From the NCBI GenBank assembly GCA_964581835.1, contig CAZOQY010000001.1:1-36810 (forward strand): DNA of 36,810 nt, read 5' to 3'. The notes below the pieces were generated by a model. That model saw only the letters and a list, made by a program, of their open reading frames with translations, ran no database searches and was not told where the DNA came from. Origin of the DNA: an uncultured Streptomycetaceae bacterium (GTDB taxonomy: Bacteria > Pseudomonadota > Gammaproteobacteria > Burkholderiales > SG8-41). Both the position numbers and the translations under genes were made by a program. Of this stretch, positions 17,103-24,410 are shown in pieces (position 1 is the stretch's first letter; each line of letters begins with the position of its first letter).

Positions 17103-18074
17103 ATGAAGACAGGCAAGCTGATTGTTGCAACGGCGCTCGCGTGCGCCGCGGTGTCCTCCTCGCTGTGCGGCGCCCAGGAATACCCGGCCAAGCCGATCCT
17201 GTTCGTCGTTCCGTTCACGCCGGGCACGGTGGCCGACACGCTGTCGCGGCTGATGCAGGTGCAGCTGTCGAAGAGCTGGGGCCAGACGGTGGTGGTGGAG
17301 AACCGCCCGGGCGCGGCCGGCATCATCGGCATCGATTCCGTGGCGCGCGCCGCCCCCGATGGCTATACCTACCTGTTCACCTCGACCGCCTTCGGCACGA
17401 TACCGGCGGTGAATTCGAAGCTGCCGTACGATCCCCAGCGCAGCTTCGCCCCGGTGATGCTGATGGGCACGAGCCCGCTTTCGCTCGTCGTCAGCAACTA
17501 CTTCCCGGCGAAGACGGTGAAGGAGCTGATCGCGCAGGCCAAACGGCGGCCGGGCGACCTCAACTACGCGTCGGCCGGCACCGGCAGCGTGTTCCACCTG
17601 ACCATGGAACTGCTCCAGCACGAAACCGGAACGAAGATGGTCCACGTTCCCTACAAGGGCACGACCGGCGTCATGAACGACCTCGTCGCGGGCCACGTCG
17701 CCGGCAGCCTGATGGTGTTCCAGACCGCGGTGCCGCTGGTGCAGGCCGGCCGGATTCGCATGCTCGCGGTGATGAGCCCGAACCGCACCAAGGTGTTGCC
17801 CGACGTGCCGACGATCGTCGAGGCGGGCTATCCCTCCATGGTCGTCGAAGCGTGGACCGGCGTGATGGTGCCGGCGAAGACGCCGCCCGCCGTGATCGCG
17901 AAGTTCAACGGCGACGTCAACAAGATCCTGGGGCAGCCGGACGTGCAGGCCACCGCCGGCAAGATCGGCGTGACCCTGGTCGGCGGCGCGCCCGATGTCC
18001 TGGAGAACCTGGTCCGCAAGGAAATGAAGCAGTGGGCCCAGGTGGCGCAGCGCGCTAATATAAAGAGCGAATAA
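17103..18074 (+). CDS. Bug/TctC-family periplasmic solute-binding protein
   Basis: The ATG at 17103 follows AGGGAGA. It has a signal peptide MKTGKLIVATALACAAVSSSLCGAQE. Motifs include YPAKPILFVV, ENRPGAAG, APDGYTYL and HVPYKG. Confidence 0.92.
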   Translation: MKTGKLIVATALACAAVSSSLCGAQEYPAKPILFVVPFTPGTVADTLSRLMQVQLSKSWGQTVVVENRPGAAGIIGIDSVARAAPDGYTYLFTSTAFGTIPAVNSKLPYDPQRSFAPVMLMGTSPLSLVVSNYFPAKTVKELIAQAKRRPGDLNYASAGTGSVFHLTMELLQHETGTKMVHVPYKGTTGVMNDLVAGHVAGSLMVFQTAVPLVQAGRIRMLAVMSPNRTKVLPDVPTIVEAGYPSMVVEAWTGVMVPAKTPPAVIAKFNGDVNKILGQPDVQATAGKIGVTLVGGAPDVLENLVRKEMKQWAQVAQRANIKSE

Positions 18075-18087
18075 CGAAAGGGCCGGC

Positions 18088-18651
18088 ATGCCGCGCATCG
18101 CTCCGGTCGGCGACCGATCGGAGCTCCCCGCGGAGCACCAGGCCGTCGCCGACGCCGTCACGAAAGTCTATGGCCAGATCCGCGGGCCGTGGGGCATGCT
18201 GCTCCACAGCCCGGAACTGGCGGCCCGCGTATTGCCGCTGGTGCCTTTCTTCCACGAAAAGAGCGTCGTCGAAGGCAGGCTGCGCTCGATCGCCATCCTC
18301 GCCGCGGTGCGCGAGTTCGACGCGGACTACGTGTGGGCGGCGCAGGTCGCCGCCGCGCGCCGCAACGGCGTGCGCGAGGAGCTGATCGATCTCTTGCGGG
18401 CGAAAGGCGATGCCGGCGCGCTGCCCGCCGGCGAGCGGGAGATCGTGACCTACGCGCGCCAGCTGCAGCGCACGAACCGCGTCGAACAGGCGGTTTTCGA
18501 CGCCCTCAAGGACCGCCACGGTTCCCGGTGGCTGGTCGAGCTGACCGCGGTCATGGGTTATTTCGCGCTGGTGTCGGGCATCGCCAACGCCTTCGAGGTG
18601 GCCGCGCCGGCGGACGGCGACCGGCTCCCGGACCAGAGGCCGTCTCAATAA
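18088..18651 (+). CDS. carboxymuconolactone decarboxylase (AhpD-like) family protein
   Basis: The 187-aa product has a helical CMD-type sequence (LLHSPELAARVLPL..., REIVTYARQL, ELTAVMGYFALVSGIANAF). No CxxC motif is present. Confidence 0.7.
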   Translation: MPRIAPVGDRSELPAEHQAVADAVTKVYGQIRGPWGMLLHSPELAARVLPLVPFFHEKSVVEGRLRSIAILAAVREFDADYVWAAQVAAARRNGVREELIDLLRAKGDAGALPAGEREIVTYARQLQRTNRVEQAVFDALKDRHGSRWLVELTAVMGYFALVSGIANAFEVAAPADGDRLPDQRPSQ

Positions 18652-18670
18652 TGCTCAGAAGCAAATCAGC

Positions 18671-18697
18671 CACAGAGAGCACAGAGAACACAGAGGG
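18671..18697. repeat. tandem nonamer array CACAGAGAG CACAGAGAA CACAGAGGG
   Basis: Three adjacent 9-mers lie inside the 138-bp, lower-GC spacer 18652..18789. An ATGGCTA-N22-TAGCCAT inverted repeat follows. Confidence 0.8.
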
Positions 18698-18789
18698 AGG
18701 CCCGATTTTCAGGTCTGGGTTCTTCTCTATGGCTAAACGGGGTTTTTGAGATAGGTTCTAGCCATTTCCCGTTTCCGCAAGGAGCAATC

Positions 18790-19713
18790 ATGAAAGTCGG
18801 ATTCATCGGTCTGGGCACCATGGGCGCGAGCATGGCGCTGAACGCGCGCACCAGGGGCCAGTACGAGATGGTCGTTCACGACCTGCGGCGCGACGCGGCG
18901 AAGCCGCACCTCGCGGCGGGCTGCGCCTGGGCCGACTCGGCCGCGGCCGCGGCGAAGGACGTGGACGTGCTGCTGACCTCGCTGCCGGGACCGCGCGAGG
19001 TGGAGGCGGTGGCGGAGGGCGTGATCCTGGCCCTGAAGAAGGGCGCGGCCTGGTTCGATCTCTCGACCAATTCGCCGACCGTGGTGCGCAGGCTGCACGA
19101 GCGTTTCGCGGCCAGGGGCATCCACGTGCTCGACGCGCCGGTGTCCGGCGGCCCCAAGGGCGCGAAGAGCGGCAAGCTCGCGCTGTGGGTGGGCGGCGAC
19201 AAGGCCGTGTTCGACCAATATCGCGCGGTGCTCGATTCGATCGGCGACCAGGTGCGCTACATCGGCCCGGTCGGCGCCGGCTCCATCGCCAAGCTGGTGC
19301 ACAACGCCGCGGGCTACGCCATCCACTGCGCGGTGACGGAAGTCTTCACCATGGGCGTCAAGGCCGGCGTCGAGCCGCTGGCGCTGTGGTCGGCGATCCG
19401 CCAGGGCGCGCTGGGCCGCAAGCGCACCTTCGAGCGCATAGCCGATAATTTCCTGCAGAACAAGTTCGATCCGCCGGAATTCGCGCTGAACCTCGCCTAC
19501 AAGGACGTCACGCTCGCCACCGAGCTCGCGCGCGAGATGAGCGTGCCGATGCGCCTCACCAACATGGCCTACGCGGAAATGAGCGAGGCCATGAACCGCG
19601 GCTGGGGCGGCAAGGACTCGCGCGTGTTCCTGCTGCTGCAGGCGGAACGCGCCGGGGTGGAGGTGAAGGTGCCGGCCGCGGACATCGAGGCGGTGATCGA
19701 CAAGGAAGGCTAG
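18790..19713 (+). CDS. NAD(P)-dependent beta-hydroxyacid dehydrogenase (3-hydroxyisobutyrate / tartronate semialdehyde reductase family)
   Basis: The RBS is AAGGAG. The Rossmann motif is VGFIGLGTMG. Other motifs include DAPVSGG and a catalytic-Lys region GSIAKLVHN. Confidence 0.88.
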   Translation: MKVGFIGLGTMGASMALNARTRGQYEMVVHDLRRDAAKPHLAAGCAWADSAAAAAKDVDVLLTSLPGPREVEAVAEGVILALKKGAAWFDLSTNSPTVVRRLHERFAARGIHVLDAPVSGGPKGAKSGKLALWVGGDKAVFDQYRAVLDSIGDQVRYIGPVGAGSIAKLVHNAAGYAIHCAVTEVFTMGVKAGVEPLALWSAIRQGALGRKRTFERIADNFLQNKFDPPEFALNLAYKDVTLATELAREMSVPMRLTNMAYAEMSEAMNRGWGGKDSRVFLLLQAERAGVEVKVPAADIEAVIDKEG

Positions 19714-19715
19714 TT

Positions 19716-19750
19716 GCGTGAGGCGTCAGGCATGAGGAGTGAGGCGGGCA
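19716..19750. repeat. tandem heptamer array GCGTGAG GCGTCAG GCATGAG GAGTGAG GCGGGCA
   Basis: Five 7-nt units run into the chosen start codon of the MBL gene. It is a near-twin of the array at 35778..35812. Confidence 0.8.
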
Positions 19751-20550
19751 TGTCATTACCCCAATACGAGGTTTTTGCGATTCGCTACGCGCGGCGCGAC
19801 GCGCGCCGCCCCGAGCATTTCGTCGGCGGCGATCCGCACGACGCGCCGATGGCGATGGATTACTTCGTGTGGCTGATCCGCAACGCGGAACGGACCATCG
19901 TGGTGGATACCGGCTTTACCGCGGAGGTGGCGGCGAAGCGCAGGCGCGAGTACCTGCGCGCGCCGAAAGCGGGCCTCGCGCTGCTGGGCGTGAATGCGGA
20001 GGAGGTGCGCGAGGTCGTCATCACGCACATGCACTACGACCACGTCGGCACGTTTTTCGACTTTCCCAACGCGCGCTTCCACGTCCAGGACGAGGAGATG
20101 CGCTTCGTCACCGGCCGGCACATGCGCCAGCCGTACTTCGCGGCCTCGTTCGAGGTCGAAGACGTGGTCGGCATGGTGCGCGCGCTGTTCAAGGGGCGCG
20201 TCGCCTTCCACGACGGAGTGGACGAGATCGCGCCCGGGGTGAGCCTGCACCACATCGGCGGTCATACGCCGGGATTGCAGGCGGTGCGGGTGCACACGCA
20301 GCGCGGCTGGGTGGTGCTGGCTTCGGATGCCACCCATTATTACGAGCACATGGAGCAGGGTCGCTGCTTCACCAATATGTACAGCCTGGGCGATGCGCTG
20401 GAAGGCTACGACACGCTGCGCAGGCTGGCCGGCTCGCCCGGTCACATCATCCCGGGCCACGACCCGCTGGTGATGGCGCGCTATCCGGCGGTCTCGAAGG
20501 AACTCGAGGGCATCGCCGTGCGGCTCGACGTCATGCCGCGGGATGAGTGA
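19750..20550 (+). CDS. MBL-fold metallo-hydrolase, N-acyl-homoserine-lactonase-like family
   Basis: The ORF is 19714..20550 and opens at a TTG. ATG codons occur at 19732 and 19750; I chose 19750 (MSLPQYEVFAIRY). The zinc motif is THMHYDHVG, followed by GGHTPG, SDA and PGHD. The start is uncertain because it lies inside a heptamer repeat array. Confidence 0.8.
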   Translation: MSLPQYEVFAIRYARRDARRPEHFVGGDPHDAPMAMDYFVWLIRNAERTIVVDTGFTAEVAAKRRREYLRAPKAGLALLGVNAEEVREVVITHMHYDHVGTFFDFPNARFHVQDEEMRFVTGRHMRQPYFAASFEVEDVVGMVRALFKGRVAFHDGVDEIAPGVSLHHIGGHTPGLQAVRVHTQRGWVVLASDATHYYEHMEQGRCFTNMYSLGDALEGYDTLRRLAGSPGHIIPGHDPLVMARYPAVSKELEGIAVRLDVMPRDE

Positions 20551-20779
20551 TGAAAACAACGATATAAGGCCCGACGCGATTTTTCGCCGATCGGCCGTCG
20601 CGGGGAAAGGGGAAATAGTGATTGCCCTTTCCACCCGACCCGCGTATAAGAACAGGAGGCGTTTAGTTCCTCTCCTTGGGCCCGTTTTCATCCGGGCCGC
20701 ATCTGCAGCTGCTTCTTCAGGGCCTGGAAAATAAACAACCCCGGGCTTGCCTCCGTCCATCGTTTCGCCAAAGGCACAG

Positions 20780-21001
20780 ATGGCCGTCATCGCCACTTCC
20801 TTGCAGCCGGGAGAACTGGCATCGCTGCGCCAGCTGACCAACGGGCCGATGAGGAAACGCATCCCGGCCGAGCACGCCGAGAGGCTGGTCGGCTGCGGTT
20901 TCGCGACGATGCAGGCGGGCGCCGTGATCATCACGACCCGGGGCCACGCGAAGCTGGCGTACGAAATCACCCGTTCCAGCTGGTTCGCAACGCCGGTCTG
21001 A
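20780..21001 (+). CDS. small hypothetical protein A (73 aa), paralog of the next ORF, winged-helix-like pattern
   Basis: Third codon positions are G/C-rich. The ATG at 20780 follows AAAGG. It aligns without gaps to ORF 21024..21206, with 16 identities over 50 aa. Confidence 0.5.
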   Translation: MAVIATSLQPGELASLRQLTNGPMRKRIPAEHAERLVGCGFATMQAGAVIITTRGHAKLAYEITRSSWFATPV

Positions 21002-21023
21002 ACGACGGAGAAAGACGCGATCG

Positions 21024-21206
21024 ATGGAACAGGTGGTCGGTTTCGACGAGTTGCGCTGGCTCCAGGAACTGACCCTGAAGACGCAGAAGTCGCCGATACC
21101 CGAGTTGATCGGCGCGCGGCTGCTGACGCGGGGCCTGGTCGAGCGCAAGGACGGCCGTTTCGCGCTCACGCCCAGGGGCCGCATCGCGCTGGCCAAACTG
21201 AGCTGA
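21024..21206 (+). CDS. small hypothetical protein B (60 aa), paralog of the previous ORF, winged-helix-like pattern
   Basis: Third codon positions are G/C-rich. The motif GLVERKDGRFALTPRGRIALAKL resembles the wing of a wHTH. Its stop overlaps the next start (TGATG). Confidence 0.5.
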   Translation: MEQVVGFDELRWLQELTLKTQKSPIPELIGARLLTRGLVERKDGRFALTPRGRIALAKLS

Positions 21207-21478
21207 TGCCGCCACTCATTTTCCGCGACGGCAACGGCGTGAAGGCGCAGTTGATGCACGTCGAAACCGCGCCCGGCCGGGTGCTGGTCGGTCCCAAAAA
21301 AATAGACAACGGCTATGCCCGCATCGTTTCCCTCAAGGACGGGTCCGGGCGCATCGAAAAATTCGATTCTGCGTCCGGCGCCTGGCTGGAGGCGCCCGAG
21401 AGCGTGACGTTCGGCGAGGTCTGGAGCGCGCCCGCGGCCGCGATGATGCAATTGGCGGCGCTGGCGGCAAAGTCCTGA
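21206..21478 (+). CDS. small hypothetical protein C (90 aa)
   Basis: Third codon positions are G/C-rich. It is translationally coupled to ORF B and ends 12 bp before yaiI. I recognise no family. Confidence 0.5.
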   Translation: MPPLIFRDGNGVKAQLMHVETAPGRVLVGPKKIDNGYARIVSLKDGSGRIEKFDSASGAWLEAPESVTFGEVWSAPAAAMMQLAALAAKS

Positions 21479-21490
21479 GCGGGCGACGCA

Positions 21491-21961
21491 ATGCACATCT
21501 GGGTGGACGCCGACGCCTGCCCGGCGGTCGTTAAGGAGATCCTGTTCCGCGCGGCCGAACGGCTGCGGTTGCCGATGACGCTGGTCGCGAACAAACCGCT
21601 GCGCGCGCCGGCCTCGCCCTACATCCGCACGATCCAGGTGGCGCGCGGGCTCGACGTCGCCGACAACGAGATTGCCCGGAGCCTGGAGCCGGGCGACCTG
21701 GTCGTCACCGCCGACGTTCCGCTTGCCGCCGACGTCGTCGCGCGCGGCGGCCATGCGCTGAATCCGCGCGGCGAGTTCTATACCCCGGAGAACGTGCGCG
21801 AGCTGCTGTCGATGCGCGATTTCATGGAAGCCCTGCGCGGCAGCGGCGTGCAGACCGGCGGCCCGCAGCCCCTCGACCAGGCGGATCGCAAGCGTTTCGC
21901 CGACCAGCTCGACCGCTTCCTGAGCCGCCAGGCGCGCGGCCACCTGAGTCCACTAGAATAG
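21491..21961 (+). CDS. yaiI: UPF0178 / DUF188 protein YaiI
   Basis: [77 protein letters not shown] closely follows the E. coli YaiI sequence as I recall it. Confidence 0.9.
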   Translation: MHIWVDADACPAVVKEILFRAAERLRLPMTLVANKPLRAPASPYIRTIQVARGLDVADNEIARSLEPGDLVVTADVPLAADVVARGGHALNPRGEFYTPENVRELLSMRDFMEALRGSGVQTGGPQPLDQADRKRFADQLDRFLSRQARGHLSPLE

Positions 21962-21986
21962 AGCCTGCGATGAACGAGGAGGACTC

Positions 21987-22952
21987 ATGACCATGAGGTA
22001 TTCGCTGCTTTGGTGCGCGGCGTTTGCCGCGCTGTCGCCGGCGCCGGCGCTCGCGCAGGCCTATCCCAGCAAGCCTATCCGGCTGCTCGTCGGATTCGCT
22101 CCCGGCGGCGGCGTCGACATGTCGGCGCGCACGGTCGGGCAGCCGCTCAGTACGGCGCTGGGCCAGACGATCGTGGTGGACAACCGGCCGGGCGCGGCGG
22201 GCAACCTCGCCGCCAGCGTCGTCGCCAAGTCGAACCCCGACGGCTACACGCTGCTCATGGCCAACTCCACCATCTCGAACCCGACCCTGTTCAAGAGCCT
22301 GCCGTTCGACGTTCGCAAGGATCTCGACCCGGTCGGCCTGATCGCGATCGGGCCGTCGGTGCTGGCCGTGCATCCTTCCGTGCAGGCGAGGAACGTGAAG
22401 GACCTGATCGCACTGGCAAAGGCGCAGCCCGGCAAGCTCGCCTACGGTTCCGGCGGCGTCGGCAACATCACCCACCTGGAGATGGAAATCCTCAACGCGA
22501 TGACGGGCACGAAGATGACGCACGTGCCGTACAAGGGCAGCGCGCCGTCCATCGTCGGGCTCGTGAGCGGGGAGGTGCAGGCGGTGTTTTGTTCCATCCC
22601 GTCCGCGCTGGGCCAGATCCGGGCGGGCAAGATCCGGGCGCTGGCCGTCTCGATCCTGAAGCGCAGCAGCGTGCTGCCCGACGTGCCGACCATCGACGAG
22701 TCCGGCGTGCCCGGTTACGACGCGGCGTCCTGGTACGCGGTGCTCGCGCCGGCCGGCACGCCGAAGAACGTGACCGGCCTGCTCGGCAAGGAAATCGTCA
22801 GGATCATGGCGCTGCCGGAAGTCCGCGGCCGCTTCGCCAACGACGGCTTCGAACCGGCCGGCACCGGCCCGGCGGAGTTCACGAAGTTCCTCAACGCCGA
22901 ACTGGCCAAGTGGGAAAAGGCCATCCGCATGGCCGGCATCCAGCCCGAGTAA
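21987..22952 (+). CDS. Bug/TctC-family periplasmic solute-binding protein
   Basis: ATG codons occur at 21987 and 21993 after GAGGAGGA, so the start is ambiguous by 2 codons. A signal peptide ends ALAQA. Motifs include YPSKPIRLLVGF, DNRPGAAG, NPDGYTLL and HVPYKG. Confidence 0.92.
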   Translation: MTMRYSLLWCAAFAALSPAPALAQAYPSKPIRLLVGFAPGGGVDMSARTVGQPLSTALGQTIVVDNRPGAAGNLAASVVAKSNPDGYTLLMANSTISNPTLFKSLPFDVRKDLDPVGLIAIGPSVLAVHPSVQARNVKDLIALAKAQPGKLAYGSGGVGNITHLEMEILNAMTGTKMTHVPYKGSAPSIVGLVSGEVQAVFCSIPSALGQIRAGKIRALAVSILKRSSVLPDVPTIDESGVPGYDAASWYAVLAPAGTPKNVTGLLGKEIVRIMALPEVRGRFANDGFEPAGTGPAEFTKFLNAELAKWEKAIRMAGIQPE

Positions 22953-22957
22953 GCCCG

Positions 22958-22978
22958 CGGCGAGTGACGAGTGATGAG
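22958..22978. repeat. short heptamer array CGGCGAG TGACGAG TGATGAG
   Basis: Three 7-nt units ending in GAG overlap the GTG/ATG start of the PrpD-like gene. Confidence 0.55.
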
Positions 22979-24410
22979 CGGTTCCGCCGTTGATATTCCG
23001 TTCGATCCGCTGATCACCGAGATCGCCGAGTACGTGGACGGTTACGCCGTTCGCAGCGAGGCCGCGTTCGACATGGCGCGCCATTGCCTGATGGACAGCC
23101 TGGCGTGCGCGCTGGAGGCGCTCGATCACCCGTCGTGCGTCAACCTGCTGGGGCCGGTGGTGCCCGGCGTCACGGTGACGCACGGCGCGCGCGTGCCGGG
23201 CACGCGTTTCGTGCTCGACCCGGCCACGGCGGCGTTCAACATCGGCGCCATGGTGCGCTGGCTCGATTTCAGCGATACCTGGGTCACCACGCCGACCACC
23301 TCGCATCCGTCCGACGACGTGGGCGGGATCCTGGCGGTGGCCGACTACGCGAGCCGGGTGCGCGCGGCCGAAGGCAGGGCGCCGCTCCTGATGAAGGACG
23401 TGCTGGAAGGCATGGTGAAGGCGCACGAGATCCAGGGCGTGCTGGGCGGCGAATTGCCGATCACCGAGCACGGCGTGGATCATCCGTTCCTCGCCAAACT
23501 GGCTGTCGCCGGCGTCGCCGCGAAGCTGCTGGGCGCGACGCGCGCGCAGATCGCCAACGCGGTTTCGCTCGCGTTCTTCGACGTAAGCCTGTGCGTGCAC
23601 CGCTACGGCTCCAACACCGGCCCGCGCAAGGGCTGGGCCGCCGGCGACGCGGTCAGCCAGGGCGTACGGCTTGCGTTGATGGCGGCGAAGGGCGAGCCGG
23701 GCTATCCGCAGGCGTACAGCCATCCGAAGTGGGGTTTCGTGACGCACGTGCTGGGCGGCGAGATGCCGAAGCGGGCAACGGCCTTCGGGACCCACGTGAT
23801 GGAGAACGTGTTCTTCAAGCTGCTGGCGCCGGTGGTGATTCATGCGCAGTCCTCGATTGAATGCGCGCTGGCGCTGCACCCGCGGGTTCAGGGGCGCCTC
23901 GACGATATCGCGGAGGTCAGGGTGGCGACACACCGCATCACCATGGAGAAGATCGTGAAGAGCGGCCCGCTGCGCAATTCGGCCGACCGCGACCACTGCC
24001 TGCAGTACGCCATCGCGATTGCCTTGATCCACGGGCGCCTGACGGCGGCGGATTACGAGGACGGGGTGGCGGCGGACCCGCGCATCGACCGGCTGCGCGA
24101 GAAGATGACCGTGACCGAGAATGCGCGCTACACCGAGATGTACAAGGATCGGTCGGTGCGAGCCAACGCCAACGCGATCGAGGTGCGCTTCAGGGATGGC
24201 ACGACCACCGGGCTGGTGGAGGCGATCTACCCGGTGGGGCACTCCAGCCGCCGCAAGGAAGGCCTGCCGATCCTGGTGAAGAAGTTCGAGCAGCGCGTCG
24301 CGCGCCGCTTCCCGCGCCGCAAGGCGGAAATCGGGGCGCTATGCCTCGATCACGCGCGGCTGATGGCGACGCCGGTCAACGCGTTCAGCGACCTCTTCGT
24401 CGCTGAATAG
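22974..24410 (+). CDS. PrpD-family dehydratase (2-methylcitrate dehydratase-like, divergent central region)
   Basis: GTG at 22971 is followed by ATG at 22974. The product is 478 aa. Motifs include DSLACALEAL, FNIGAMVRWLDFSDTW, HPSDDVGGILAVADY, GPLRNSADRDHCLQYAIAIALIHGRLTAADYED and YPVGHSSRRKEG. Confidence 0.85.
   Translation: MSGSAVDIPFDPLITEIAEYVDGYAVRSEAAFDMARHCLMDSLACALEALDHPSCVNLLGPVVPGVTVTHGARVPGTRFVLDPATAAFNIGAMVRWLDFSDTWVTTPTTSHPSDDVGGILAVADYASRVRAAEGRAPLLMKDVLEGMVKAHEIQGVLGGELPITEHGVDHPFLAKLAVAGVAAKLLGATRAQIANAVSLAFFDVSLCVHRYGSNTGPRKGWAAGDAVSQGVRLALMAAKGEPGYPQAYSHPKWGFVTHVLGGEMPKRATAFGTHVMENVFFKLLAPVVIHAQSSIECALALHPRVQGRLDDIAEVRVATHRITMEKIVKSGPLRNSADRDHCLQYAIAIALIHGRLTAADYEDGVAADPRIDRLREKMTVTENARYTEMYKDRSVRANANAIEVRFRDGTTTGLVEAIYPVGHSSRRKEGLPILVKKFEQRVARRFPRRKAEIGALCLDHARLMATPVNAFSDLFVAE

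Noticed and set aside
18666-18851. A 61-aa minus-strand ORF (…SLCVLCALCG).
   Set aside because: Its C-terminus is the CACAGAG nonamer array read in frame. It also overlaps the start of the well-supported dehydrogenase gene on the other strand.
20543-20734. A 63-aa plus-strand ORF in the leader upstream of the small-ORF trio.
   Set aside because: It overlaps the MBL stop codon and has no RBS. Third codon positions are not G/C-rich in its first half, and hairpin-forming sequence lies inside it. I treat it as non-coding leader.
20700-20779. A sigma-54 promoter (GG-N10-GC) upstream of the small-ORF trio, suggested by CTGGAAAATAAACAACC.
   Set aside because: No TTGC element lies at the required spacing from the GG, so it does not fit TGGCAC-N5-TTGC.
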